Shown here: positions 40,492 through 50,888 of the stretch, piece by piece
How positions within the stretch are numbered: the first letter of the stretch is position 1
How the letters are laid out: the number at the start of each line of letters is the position of its first letter
Made by a program: the position numbers and the translations under genes
Source: Gammaproteobacteria bacterium
GTDB lineage: Bacteria; Pseudomonadota; Gammaproteobacteria; Thiohalospirales; Thiohalospiraceae
Assembly (NCBI GenBank): GCA_015490535.1
Contig: WFXP01000107.1
Coordinates: forward strand, 3,548 to 67,547
Direction: 5' to 3'
DNA length: 64,000 bases
The notes under the pieces: model-generated
The model's input: the letters and a program-made list of their open reading frames with translations, nothing else
Told to the model about the DNA's origin: nothing
Databases searched by the model: none

Positions 40492-41619
40492 TCAGCGCCC
40501 CGCTCTGGGAAGCAGCAGCTCCAGATACTGCCGCACCACCCGGTCCAGCTGGTACGGCTGCCAGGCCAACACGCTGTTTTCCGCACCGCGGGGCCGCTGC
40601 AGGGAGCGCAGCATGGCTTCCGCCAGACCCTGCTCATCCCCCACCTCCACCAGCTCTCCAAAGCGCCCCCCCTGGAGGATCTCCGCCGGTCCGCTGGGGC
40701 AGCTCGTGGAGACCACCGGGACACCCAGAGCCAACGCCTCTATAAGTACCGTGGGCAAACCCTCGTAGCTGGATGAGAGCACGAACAACGCCGCCCGCGA
40801 AAGATAGGCGTAGGGGTTGTCGGAAAAACCGGGCAGCAGCACCTCATCCGTGATTTCGAGCTCCCTGGCCAGCTCCTGCATTGCGCCACGCAGCTCCCCG
40901 TCACCCAGAATCACCAGACGCGCCATATGCCTCCGGCGCAGGCGGGCAAAGGCGCGGATCAGCAGGGGGAAGTTCTTGGCGCTCACCATCCGCCCGATAC
41001 CCAGGATAACCGGCGGCTGGCCCGCCGCGAACCACGGATGTGGCACCGGCTCGGCCGCCTTGCGGTGTATCTGCGGAGTGACCACCGGGTTGAATATGAC
41101 GCGCACCGACGAGGGCTTCAGGCCAGTGGTGGCCAGCAGATCCTCCCGCGCCGCCTCCGATACCGCCACCACACTGCTTGCCCAGGGGTAGAACCAGCGT
41201 ACCAGACGCGGGAAGATCCGCGCCCGAAGCTGACGGGAGTCCTCGGTATCGCGACTCAGGGTGGTGTGTACGCTGACCACCACACGGGTATCCACTCCCG
41301 CCAGACGCGCCGCCAACAACGCCATGATATTGGTGTGCTCGAGGGCGGAGAGCAGCGCCACCGGCCTCTCCCTGCGCAGGTAGTGGACAAGCCGCGGCAG
41401 GCAGAACAGGGCCCGCCCCGCGTCCAGATCGATGAGCCGTACAGCTGGATGAATATCCTCGATAACCGCTGCGACCCGGGAGGTCACCACCACCAGGTCG
41501 ACCTGCAACCCCCTTTCCGCCAGCCCCCCCGCCAGATTGGCCGTGACCCGCTCGGCACCGCCGATCACCAGCGAGGGAACAAACAGGCAGATCCTGCCGC
41601 CCGTTGCCTCACGCCCCAT
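40492..41619 (-). CDS. glycosyltransferase family 4 (GT-B)
   Basis: 375 aa from MGREATGGRICLFVPSLVIGGAERV. YEGLPTVLIEALALGVPVVST motif. Confidence 0.85.
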   Translation of the reverse strand: MGREATGGRICLFVPSLVIGGAERVTANLAGGLAERGLQVDLVVVTSRVAAVIEDIHPAVRLIDLDAGRALFCLPRLVHYLRRERPVALLSALEHTNIMALLAARLAGVDTRVVVSVHTTLSRDTEDSRQLRARIFPRLVRWFYPWASSVVAVSEAAREDLLATTGLKPSSVRVIFNPVVTPQIHRKAAEPVPHPWFAAGQPPVILGIGRMVSAKNFPLLIRAFARLRRRHMARLVILGDGELRGAMQELARELEITDEVLLPGFSDNPYAYLSRAALFVLSSSYEGLPTVLIEALALGVPVVSTSCPSGPAEILQGGRFGELVEVGDEQGLAEAMLRSLQRPRGAENSVLAWQPYQLDRVVRQYLELLLPRAGR

Positions 41620-41684
41620 GGTCCGCTCTCCTCCCTGCGGCCGCCGACATCCCCTGCATCCCTTCCGGTGAATCTGCCCGCCCC

Positions 41685-42923
41685 CTATCCATGACCGGCG
41701 CCTACCATCTCCTCCCTGCCGCTCGCCCTCTCCCCTTCGGCCAGCACCGCGGCATGGGTGACCGCCAGGGCAAACAGAAACCAGGTCTCCTTGCGGAACT
41801 CCCAGTTCAGCACCATGGCGCCCATCGCCCACATGGCCAGCAGGGTGAGCCACAGGATCCGCTCCCGGCGCGGCATGGCAAGCACATGCCATAGTACCAC
41901 CGCCACCACCAGCGCAAACAGGAGGAAGCCGATCACCCCCACCTCCACCAGGATGGAGAGATAGGCGTTGTGGGAGACGTACGGCTCCCCGATGTAGGGT
42001 GCCACAGCAACCGGGAAGCCATCCCAACCGGTACCCCAGATCACCCCCAGCCCGGAGTAGGGGGCGTTGCGCAGTACATCAAGGGCGCCGTCCCAGATCC
42101 TGGTGCGGTAGTTGAGATCTCCGGATGAGACGGCGCTGCCTATGGTATGGATCCGCTCCAGGGAGTCCACCGGGATATGGGGCAACAGGGCGAGCAACGC
42201 CACTCCCCCCAGCAACGGAAGGATCATCCTGCTCCGCACGGAGAGATCCCGATAGGACCAGATCATGTAGCTGCATCCCAGCAACGCCACCAGGAACCCG
42301 GTGCGGGATCCGGTCAGAAACACCACCCCCAGCGCCAGCAGCGGATAGCCCCGCCACAGCCACAGCAGCGGAGCGCTCCCCCTCCCCGTAGCCAGATAGC
42401 CGGCCATCGGGATCCCCAGGGAGATGATTACCGCCAGATCGTTGGGATCGAAGCCGGCCGCGGCGAATCGCTGGTAGGCGCTCTCGATATTGTAGAGATA
42501 GGCGTATAGCGTGGCGCCCACCGAGACAAAGCATCCCAGCACATATGCCGCCAGAAACCCCTCGATCTGCCCCGGCCGGATGGTCCACTGGTAGATCAGC
42601 CACATCATCAACATTATCTGGAAATAGCTGATTATATTGGTTACCGCCCCCTCCGGATGGATACTCCACAGATAGGTGGTGGTCCCCCAGGCCCAGAACA
42701 GAAACATGGTCAGGTTGAGCAGATGGATGCGAACCTGCTGGATATAGAGGGCCGCGAACAGCGACACCCCTATCACCAGCACCCCGGCGATACGGCTTAC
42801 TGTACCTATCCCGGGCAGTACCAGCATATCCTGCCAGGGCATGGTAAATATCAGGATCCAGATGGTTCCTGCGGCCACCCTCCCTGTCAGCGGATCCGCG
42901 GTGGCGCCAGACGATCCTTTCAC
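41685..42923 (-). CDS. O-antigen ligase/polymerase (Wzy_C) family membrane protein
   Basis: 412 aa, about 10-12 TM helices. Large loop with HNAYLSILVEVG motif characteristic of the Wzy_C/O-antigen ligase family. Confidence 0.7.
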   Translation of the reverse strand: MKGSSGATADPLTGRVAAGTIWILIFTMPWQDMLVLPGIGTVSRIAGVLVIGVSLFAALYIQQVRIHLLNLTMFLFWAWGTTTYLWSIHPEGAVTNIISYFQIMLMMWLIYQWTIRPGQIEGFLAAYVLGCFVSVGATLYAYLYNIESAYQRFAAAGFDPNDLAVIISLGIPMAGYLATGRGSAPLLWLWRGYPLLALGVVFLTGSRTGFLVALLGCSYMIWSYRDLSVRSRMILPLLGGVALLALLPHIPVDSLERIHTIGSAVSSGDLNYRTRIWDGALDVLRNAPYSGLGVIWGTGWDGFPVAVAPYIGEPYVSHNAYLSILVEVGVIGFLLFALVVAVVLWHVLAMPRRERILWLTLLAMWAMGAMVLNWEFRKETWFLFALAVTHAAVLAEGERASGREEMVGAGHG

Positions 42924-43013
42924 AGCCGGGGTGTGTCCGGAAAGCTCTCTGCCACCCCCAGCGGGCCGGCCACTGCCGGCACCCGCGGCGACAGGGAGAG
43001 AGATATCGCGGCA

Positions 43014-45170
43014 CTAACTGCGGTAGTCATAGTGGTAGCCGTAATAGCGCCCGTAACCGAACCTGCTGCTCAGGCGGCTCATACGGTTGAACACCGCCCC
43101 GCGCAGGTTAACGCCGGCGTGCTGAAGCGTTTTGAGGCTCTGCTGAACCTCGCGGAGCGGATGACGCCCGTCCCGCAGAACCAGCAGGGAGGCGCCGGCC
43201 AGACGGCCGATGATGCTGGCGTCATTCACCGCAAGCACCGGTGGCGAATCTATAAGGATGTAGTCATAGAACGGCGCCACCTGCTCCATGGTGAGGACAA
43301 AGTTCTCGTGCAGCAGAAGCTCTGACGGATTGGGGGGCAGCGCCCCCGTCGAGATCAGATCCAGATTTTCTATCCCGCTTTCACGGATTCCATCCTCGAC
43401 GCCCAGATCTCCGGCGATAATCTCGGACAGGCCGCCGCTGCGCCCCAGGCCGAACATGGCATGCAGCCGTCCACGGCGCAGATCCCCGTCCACCAGCAGC
43501 ACCCGCTTTCCGGAATGGGCCAGGATCACCGCCAGGTTGGCGCTAACAAAGCTCTTGCCCACACCCGGGCTCGGACCGGTAATCATGATGATACTGTTCT
43601 TCGCATCCAGCTGCGCGAAATGCAAAGAGGTGCGCAGACTGCGCAGACTCTCGATACTGAGATCGTCGGGATCCAGCAGCGCCAGCACGGCGGGGCCGCC
43701 ATCGCCCCGGCGGGTCTTGCGGTTCAGCTCCTGCTGCGTCCGGCTGGTGGGAACGGTGGCGTACACCGGCAGCCCCAGCTGCTCAATCTGATCCGGATCC
43801 TCCACCCCTCCCCGCATCCGCTTGCGCAGAATGGCCAGCGCCACACCACCCATGGCCCCCAGCAGCACTCCGAGCAGAAGAACCAGCCCCTTGACCGGCT
43901 TCACCGGCACGTAGGGTTTCAGCGCCGTGTCTATGATACGCACGTTCCCCACTGTGCCCGCCTTGACCACCTTCAGCTCCTGCGCCTTGTTGAGCAGGGT
44001 GGTGTACAGGGTGGTGCTCACCTGGGCATTGCGTGACAGCCGTAACAGCTCCTGCTGGGTGCCAGGCAGGCTCTGAGCGCGTTTGTCTATCTGCGCAAGA
44101 TCCCTTTTGAGCGCTCCGATCTGTGCATCCAGCGCCGCGATACGCGGGTGCTTGGGGCGGAATCTCTGCAACAGCTCCTCGCGCGTGGTGGCCAGCTCCG
44201 AGATCTTGGCCTCCAATGCGACCGACTGCTGCAGCAGACTCCGGGTCTCCAGAGGCAGATCTATGGTGCCCCGTTTCATCCGGTAACTGTTGAGCTCTGC
44301 CTCGGCCTCCTCCATCTGATCTTTGAGAAGCGGCAGCTGCACCTTGAGAAATGCCAGGGTCTTCTCCGCCTCCTCGGACCTGCGCTCCACGTTCTGGCGC
44401 ACATAGACGTTGGCGACCGCATTCACCAATCTGGTAATGCGCTCCGCGTCGGTTCCCTCGATTGAAATGCGGATGATTCCGGAATCCTTGCCCATCTCCT
44501 CCACGCGCAGATCGCGCCGGAGGCGTTTCACCACATCCAGCAGATGGTTCTTCTTGATCCGGAAGTCATCCCCTGCCACGCCGTTCATCCTGGACACAAA
44601 CAGCCTGATCTCACCGTCACCCATCGGCGCCTGCGCCGGCTCTCCCACCTTTCCCTCGAGGATCTTGCTGTCATCCGCGCCAAACAGCACATAGTTCCTC
44701 CCCTCACCGACCACCAGGGTCAACAGCTTGCCCAGCAGCCGCTCCGGAACCTCCAGCGTATCCACCTGCAGCGCATCGTCACTGCCGAACAGCTGCCCGG
44801 AGCGCACCTCGATATCGAGCCCCAGCCGCCGCACCACCTCTCCCAGCACCATGCGGGAGCGGATAATCTGAAACTCGGAGACAATATCCGACTCCTCCTT
44901 GAAAAAGTTGGAGAGATCCGAGAGAGCCCCGATCCCCTGCGTCTGCCGCTCCACCTGGAGCAGGGTTTCCGCCCGATATACGGGCTTGGTGAAATAGATA
45001 TAGAGCAGGGCGAGCGTCGCCATCAGCAGAATCGCGCCCAGGATCAGTTTCCAGGACTCCAGCAGCGTAACAAACAGCTCTCCCAGGAGGATTTCGCCGC
45101 TGCCCCCTCTACGAAGTCCGGCCGCTCCCGCTCCACTGGCGGCTCTGTTGTCGATGGATCGTTGCAGCAT
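43014..45170 (-). CDS. wzc: polysaccharide co-polymerase / BY-kinase (Wzc-like tyrosine autokinase)
   Basis: 718 aa. Wzz domain with two TM helices, Walker A GPSPGVGKS, Walker A' VLLVDGDLRR, Walker B ILIDSPP, Tyr-rich tail YGRYYGYHYDYRS. Confidence 0.9.
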   Translation of the reverse strand: MLQRSIDNRAASGAGAAGLRRGGSGEILLGELFVTLLESWKLILGAILLMATLALLYIYFTKPVYRAETLLQVERQTQGIGALSDLSNFFKEESDIVSEFQIIRSRMVLGEVVRRLGLDIEVRSGQLFGSDDALQVDTLEVPERLLGKLLTLVVGEGRNYVLFGADDSKILEGKVGEPAQAPMGDGEIRLFVSRMNGVAGDDFRIKKNHLLDVVKRLRRDLRVEEMGKDSGIIRISIEGTDAERITRLVNAVANVYVRQNVERRSEEAEKTLAFLKVQLPLLKDQMEEAEAELNSYRMKRGTIDLPLETRSLLQQSVALEAKISELATTREELLQRFRPKHPRIAALDAQIGALKRDLAQIDKRAQSLPGTQQELLRLSRNAQVSTTLYTTLLNKAQELKVVKAGTVGNVRIIDTALKPYVPVKPVKGLVLLLGVLLGAMGGVALAILRKRMRGGVEDPDQIEQLGLPVYATVPTSRTQQELNRKTRRGDGGPAVLALLDPDDLSIESLRSLRTSLHFAQLDAKNSIIMITGPSPGVGKSFVSANLAVILAHSGKRVLLVDGDLRRGRLHAMFGLGRSGGLSEIIAGDLGVEDGIRESGIENLDLISTGALPPNPSELLLHENFVLTMEQVAPFYDYILIDSPPVLAVNDASIIGRLAGASLLVLRDGRHPLREVQQSLKTLQHAGVNLRGAVFNRMSRLSSRFGYGRYYGYHYDYRS

Positions 45171-45554
45171 GTCTGATTTTCACCTCTCTACCCGACGGCC
45201 AGCAGCCGCCCCACCAGGAAACTCCCCCTGAACCGGAGAGTGCGGGAAAGGCGGTTCTCCTGCTCCCTCTCGTTCGGTCCGGCGCCACCGCCGAGGGCGC
45301 TGTATCCTGTCCCGCAGGAATGCTGGGGTCCCTTTCTTGTCACACTGTCCGGCAGCAATATATGTCATGTTCCACCGTCACCTGCCGCTCTCGCCGCAAA
45401 CCAGGCTGGCCCGGTGTTGCGGCCCTCGGCAAGGGCCGGAATTCCCTGCGGGCCGCGCCTTGCTCCGGAACGCGTGGGGCGCTCTGAAATGGGGCCCGGC
45501 CATCGATTGTCCTGGCAATGGCAATCTTTCCCGGGGGAAACGCCCCGGACAATC

Positions 45555-46652
45555 CTATTTGACCCTGATCTTGTCGCTACCCAACGTATAATCGGTCTCC
45601 ACGACTTCGCGCACGAGGTTAGATGTGGGCAACAGTCTGGAGATAACCCTGTTCCAGCGCACCACTCCGGCGGTCTCGACATAGACCACGTCGCGCGGCT
45701 CGAGCCGGAACTGATCACCCAGAATCAGCGCCTCCGGGGACTTGGCGTTCAGATGATAGATGCTGGGCCTGCCCTCGGAATCGGCGCGGATCACATAGAC
45801 CCTGGCCGGATTGGAGGTTTCCGGCTTGATGCCGCCGGCCTCGCTGAGCGCTTCCGAGAGGGTCATGCGCCCCCTGCGCAGGAACAGCGTCGACGGTTTC
45901 GATACCTCTCCCAGAACAAACACCTTCTGGCCCTGAAGATTGGGAACATTCAGCACATCCCCATTTTTCAGACGCATGTTGGCATCCATATTGCCGTTCT
46001 CAAAGATATCCAGCAGATTGATGGTGTAAACCTCCTCGCCGCGGGTCAGGGTGACATTGCGCCAGTCCGCTCTCTCCGTAGTACCTCCCGCCTGCTTTAT
46101 GGCATCCACCACGGTGAGGGGTACGTTGGTAATGGGCTGGGAGCCGGGCTTGTTCACCTCCCCCACCACATACGCCTTCTGGCTGAGATAGGCCGCCACC
46201 TTGACATCCACCTGCGGCCGGGTAATGTGTTTGGACAGCAAACGGGCAATCAGCCAGCGGGTCTCGGGGATGGTTCTTCCGGCCACCTTCACCCGCCCGA
46301 TGTAGGGATAGAATATACTGCCGTTCTTGGCGATCTGGTGCCCAGCGACCTCTGCAGCCCGATACTGTCCGGCCGGAATGGTAAGCTCCGGGTGGTCCCA
46401 TACGGTGATGCTCAATATATCCCCCACCCCCAGCCGGTACTGATACTCCTCCTCTGGGGGCGGCACAGGATATGTACCTCTCTCCCCGACCACATCCCGT
46501 GTCGCGGAACGCTGACTCTGGATCAGTGAGGCGGTAATCGGAACCACCTCCACCCCCTGAACGGAGCTCCTCCCTGACATGTTCATCCCTGGAGAAATGG
46601 CGCATCCGCTCACCAGCGCTGCCAGCAGCATCACTAGACTCTTTTTTCCCAT
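45555..46652 (-). CDS. wza: outer-membrane polysaccharide export lipoprotein (Wza family)
   Basis: 365 aa. Lipobox LAALVSGCA, Poly_export motif (YRLGVGDILSITVWDHPEL), SLBB repeats. Confidence 0.9.
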   Translation of the reverse strand: MGKKSLVMLLAALVSGCAISPGMNMSGRSSVQGVEVVPITASLIQSQRSATRDVVGERGTYPVPPPEEEYQYRLGVGDILSITVWDHPELTIPAGQYRAAEVAGHQIAKNGSIFYPYIGRVKVAGRTIPETRWLIARLLSKHITRPQVDVKVAAYLSQKAYVVGEVNKPGSQPITNVPLTVVDAIKQAGGTTERADWRNVTLTRGEEVYTINLLDIFENGNMDANMRLKNGDVLNVPNLQGQKVFVLGEVSKPSTLFLRRGRMTLSEALSEAGGIKPETSNPARVYVIRADSEGRPSIYHLNAKSPEALILGDQFRLEPRDVVYVETAGVVRWNRVISRLLPTSNLVREVVETDYTLGSDKIRVK

Positions 46653-46931
46653 ATCTCTCTGGACCTCTTCATCTCCGAACGGGATAGCACGATGCCCTGC
46701 GGCGGATCGGCAGAAGCCTGGCGACAGTCACGCTCCGTCCTTAACCCGGAGCGAAACCACCGGCCCCACCGCAACTACCGGTCTGGATCCCACCACAGAG
46801 AAGATCTGGACTCGCCAGGCAATTTTTCTTTTCTTATTAACATATACGAATAAAAAAGAGCGTCAATGAACAACCGTCAACAGTTTGTTGCAGATTCCAT
46901 CTCCCATACTCTTGACCAACGTGCTGCAGCA

Positions 46932-48380
46932 CTAACCGGAGCGTTTTTCACCAGGGACAGGCCGGAGGATTAAGCGGGCGATTATCCTCCTGCGGATCCC
47001 GGCGGCATCCAGCACTATCAGTGCCGCGACATATACCAGAAGGCCAACCACAATCTGGCCGATCAATGCCAGACCTCCGCGAAAATCCGCCACGAGCCAC
47101 AGTGCCGGCGCCATCGCCATGCATGCGACAGAGATCTTCCCCACATCACGCGAGGGTGGAGGCAACGAGAACACCCTGCGGCCCAGATACCAGCTGAGGA
47201 GTGCGCCGAGACAGTACGCGACCACCGTAGCTCCAGCTGCTCCCGCCAGGCCGTAGAGAGGAATCCACCAAAGGTTGAGCAGTACATTGATCAGGGCGGC
47301 CCACGCCATGACCCGGGGTTCCAGATAGGTCTTTTTGCTCAGCTGAAAAGCGAGATCCAGGTAGAATATCTTTACTCCAAACACAAACGAGGAAACCGCT
47401 ATCAACGGGATCAGACCCGCGGCCGACTCGCGGTAGGTTTCACCCAGGAGAACGGTAGCAATATTTCCGGCACACACCATCATCCCCACGGCGACCGGCA
47501 GCGCGGTTATCACCATCAGCACCAACACTCTCTCCAGATGCCGCCGCGCCGCCGCCAATCCGCCGCTGTCCAACGCCCTCACCACCATTGGATAGGCGGC
47601 CAGATTCACAATGGTCATAATCATTATCAGGCTGAACTGGGCCATGTCGTAACCTGGCGCATAGAGCCCCGGAGCCTCGGCCCCCATGAACCAACCCAGC
47701 ATGAAGCGGTCCGAGCTGCTCACCAGAAAGGAGAGCGCATAGGTGGCGGTCATGGGCAGCCCGTAGCGCAACAGCTGCAACAGAAGATCCGGATCAGCTG
47801 CCACGCCCCGCAATCCCCTCCACTCCCGCCATGCCAGCAGCAGTGACGCGGCCGTCATCCCCGCCAGCAATCCGAGCAGCGGCGCCAGAGCCCCCAACCC
47901 CAGCAGTACCAGCATGAATCCGATCATGAGGGCCAACAGAGATTTGAATATCGACATCCAGCCATAGCGCAGCGGCTCCAGCCTGCTGCGCGCCAGCTCC
48001 AGATTCAGCTCGTACCACCCCTGCACCCAAAGCAGCACGACCCCTGCCACCAGCAGTCGGTAATCCAGCTGCTCGGACCAGACAAGCAGGGCCACCAACC
48101 CCAGCAGAGATGTAAAGGCCACCGTCCCGAGAAAGGCGATAAACAGGGTTGCCAACAGCTCATGCGGTCGATTCCCCTGGGCGGGAAGAAATCGTAGCAG
48201 CCCCAGTCTGAGCCACTGAAACAGGACCGAGTCCAGCAGCCCCACCGCCGCGAGAACCAGGGCGTAGTAACCGTACTCTCCGGGAGCCAGCCAGCGCGTG
48301 TATATGGCTATGGCCAGAAAGTTCACGAGCCCGGGAACCCCGCGGGCGAGAGTGTAGAATAGACTGTGCTTCAGCAGCAT
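46932..48380 (-). CDS. oligosaccharide flippase (Wzx / MOP superfamily)
   Basis: About 12-14 TM helices, polysaccharide biosynthesis protein family pattern. ATG at 48378-48380 is preferred because the longer ORF (to 48479) runs into the family A repeat. Confidence 0.75.
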   Translation of the reverse strand: MLLKHSLFYTLARGVPGLVNFLAIAIYTRWLAPGEYGYYALVLAAVGLLDSVLFQWLRLGLLRFLPAQGNRPHELLATLFIAFLGTVAFTSLLGLVALLVWSEQLDYRLLVAGVVLLWVQGWYELNLELARSRLEPLRYGWMSIFKSLLALMIGFMLVLLGLGALAPLLGLLAGMTAASLLLAWREWRGLRGVAADPDLLLQLLRYGLPMTATYALSFLVSSSDRFMLGWFMGAEAPGLYAPGYDMAQFSLIMIMTIVNLAAYPMVVRALDSGGLAAARRHLERVLVLMVITALPVAVGMMVCAGNIATVLLGETYRESAAGLIPLIAVSSFVFGVKIFYLDLAFQLSKKTYLEPRVMAWAALINVLLNLWWIPLYGLAGAAGATVVAYCLGALLSWYLGRRVFSLPPPSRDVGKISVACMAMAPALWLVADFRGGLALIGQIVVGLLVYVAALIVLDAAGIRRRIIARLILRPVPGEKRSG

Positions 48381-48465
48381 GGGATTCAGGGCTGCAATTC
48401 TGGCATCCGGGGTTCCATGTTTTGCTGTCAATCGTCTTGGCGTTGGCCCGGAAATATCAACCAGC

Positions 48466-48768
48466 TGGTACTCCGTCAAGGTTATAACTTAGGATGGTCT
48501 TCCTCAAATCGTATGGGTGAAATGGTAAATCATCCTTGACAGGCAGAATGCACGCCACATACTCGGTAGCCAGAAGGGGATTGAGGCTGTCTGGCCGGGG
48601 AGTGGCGGATATCCACCACCCGCGCCAATTGCAACTGGTCCGGCTGTCCCAAACTCTCCCCAATCCCCTTCTGCCGACCATCTTCCGGCGTGCATTCCGC
48701 CTGTCAAGGATGATTTACCATTTCACCCATACGATTTAAGGAAGACCCATTACCTTGAAAGAGCACTA
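48466..48768. mobile_element. family A nested palindromic MITE-like element, full copy (inside the EPS gene string)
   Basis: GGTACTCCGTCAAGGTTATAACTTAGGATGGTCTTCC...GGAAGACCCATTACCTTGAAAGAGCACTA with inner 23-bp inverted repeat. Same orientation as 11086. Confidence 0.8.
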
Positions 48769-48917
48769 GTTATCGGGATCTGCGCACTGCTTCTGAGTCG
48801 GAAGCTGGTCCCCCCATTGGTGAAACCGCATCTGCTGTGCATCCCGAATCGTCCGATTACAGGAGCAGGCCGAGCCACGGTTTCCAAATGGGGCTCCTCC
48901 CCGGGCGGCTGCTTCCC

Positions 48918-50888
48918 CTATCCCGCCTGACTGGTCGCGAGCCAGACCTGATCCCTGATTCCACACTGGGGCTGATATTCGCTTACCGCCTGGCGAAGCA
49001 GAGCGCATACTGTATCGGTATCGCGCCGTCTGCAGGCCCGCTCCAGCTGCTCCAGGATCCCCACCAGTTGCACCCAGGGAAGGGCGGACTCGTTGGCGCG
49101 CATAATCCTGGGATGATCGGTAGTGGTCACATTGCTGCCTATCAGAAGCTCCTCAAACAGCTTCTCGCCGGGACGAAGCCCGGTAAACTCAATCTCTATG
49201 TCCCCCTCCGGATTATCTTCGTCACGTACCGTCAAACCGCTCAACGCTATCATGCGGCACGCCAGATCGTAGATTCGCACCGGCTCTCCCATATCGAGCA
49301 CAAACACATCCCCACCCTTGCCCATCGCTCCCGCCTGAATCACCAGCTGTGCCGCCTCCGGAATGGTCATGAAATAGCGAATTACCTGCTTGTGGGTCAC
49401 GGTAACCGGACCCTTGGCACGAATCTGCTCCCGGAACAGAGGCACCACGGAGCCGGAAGAGCCGAGCACATTCCCAAAGCGCACGATACTGAAGCAAGTG
49501 GGCTGGTACCGCTTTATCAGCCGCTGCAGAACCTCCTCATGCCTTGCCAGCCCCTGCAACACCATCTCCGCCATCCGCTTGCTCGCTCCCATGATATTGG
49601 TGGGGCGAACCGCCTTGTCGGTGGAGATCAGGATGAAGGTGCGAACTTTTGCGGTCATCGCCGCCCTGGCGGTGAACATGGTGCCGAATACGTTGTTGTA
49701 AGCCCCCGCCGCCGGATTCTGCTCCACCAGGGGGACATGCTTGTACGCCGCCGCGTGATATACCGTATCAATGGGGAAAGCGCGGAACACCGCCTCCAGA
49801 GCTGCCGGATCGGTAACACTCCCCAGAACAGGAACTATCTCCGTTTTGCGGATCTCCCCGGCGCGTGCGGACTGAAACTTCTGCAGCTCACGCTCGATCT
49901 GATACAGCGCATACTCCGACGATTCGAACAACACCAACTGGATCGGCTGCAGGGTGAGGATCTGGCGAGCCAGCTCGGAGCCGATCGAGCCGCCTGCGCC
50001 GGTGATCAGAACATGTTTTCCCGTAACGCAAACCGCCATGAGCCCCCGATCCGGTGCCACCGGCTCTCTCCCCAGCAGATCCTCAATGTCCACATCCCGG
50101 ATCTGCGCCACCGAGGCCCGCTCCCACACCAGCTCATGAAGCGAAGGTACCGTCTTTACCTGCACGGGATACCTCTCCAGCAGCGTCAACAGCTCGTTCC
50201 TGCGCTCCACTGAGGCAGAGGGTATCGCCAGCAGCACCTGTGATACGTTGTGGCGGAGAATCAGGGAGCCCAGGGCACTACGCGGATATACCTCCAGACC
50301 CAGGATCTCCCCTCCATGAAAACCACGCTTGTCATCTATAAATGCGACCGGCTCTATCTCACAGCCATCCAGCAGAACCCGCGCCAGCTCCACGCCGGCA
50401 CTTCCAGCGCCGTAGATGATCACCCGTCGGGATGAGTGCCGGCCCCGCATGGCGCTGCGCAGGCTGGCCTGGGTGGCGAACCTGACGCCTACGATAAGCA
50501 CCAGGCTGGTCAGCCAGTAGATAATGAAAAGGGAAAGGGGAAGCGAGTTACCTATCGCCAGCAGCGCCAGCGCAGCCAGAAGCAGCGCCTGGATGGTAAC
50601 CGCCTTGCAGATCTCCATGAACGCCTTGCTGCCGGCATACAGCAGCACGGTCCGGTACAACCCCAGGAAAACGAACACCGGCAGTGCAGTGGCCGGTACG
50701 GCGGGCAGCAACCACCACAGATCGGCGGCGGCACCGAGCCCCCCCTCGCCCAGACGGAGGTAGAACGCTGTCAGGAGGGAGAATGTCAGCAATACCGCGT
50801 CCACAAAGGATGCCAACAGCCGCTTGTGCCGCTGTGACAACCCCCTGTTGGCACGCTCCAGATCCAGCAATCCGATACTGGATATCAT
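48918..50888 (-). CDS. membrane-anchored nucleotide-sugar 4,6-dehydratase/epimerase (CapD/WbpM/PglF family)
   Basis: 656 aa. N-terminal TM helices, two Rossmann folds (IYGAGSAG; ITGAGGSIGSEL), SDR catalytic region. Confidence 0.9.
   Translation of the reverse strand: MISSIGLLDLERANRGLSQRHKRLLASFVDAVLLTFSLLTAFYLRLGEGGLGAAADLWWLLPAVPATALPVFVFLGLYRTVLLYAGSKAFMEICKAVTIQALLLAALALLAIGNSLPLSLFIIYWLTSLVLIVGVRFATQASLRSAMRGRHSSRRVIIYGAGSAGVELARVLLDGCEIEPVAFIDDKRGFHGGEILGLEVYPRSALGSLILRHNVSQVLLAIPSASVERRNELLTLLERYPVQVKTVPSLHELVWERASVAQIRDVDIEDLLGREPVAPDRGLMAVCVTGKHVLITGAGGSIGSELARQILTLQPIQLVLFESSEYALYQIERELQKFQSARAGEIRKTEIVPVLGSVTDPAALEAVFRAFPIDTVYHAAAYKHVPLVEQNPAAGAYNNVFGTMFTARAAMTAKVRTFILISTDKAVRPTNIMGASKRMAEMVLQGLARHEEVLQRLIKRYQPTCFSIVRFGNVLGSSGSVVPLFREQIRAKGPVTVTHKQVIRYFMTIPEAAQLVIQAGAMGKGGDVFVLDMGEPVRIYDLACRMIALSGLTVRDEDNPEGDIEIEFTGLRPGEKLFEELLIGSNVTTTDHPRIMRANESALPWVQLVGILEQLERACRRRDTDTVCALLRQAVSEYQPQCGIRDQVWLATSQAG

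Noticed and set aside
45180-45552. Short minus-strand ORFs (62 and 70 aa) in the wza-wzc gap as candidate Wzb.
   Set aside because: No CX5R phosphatase P-loop or DP loop. The sequences are Arg/Pro/Gly-rich, like other GC-driven spurious ORFs.
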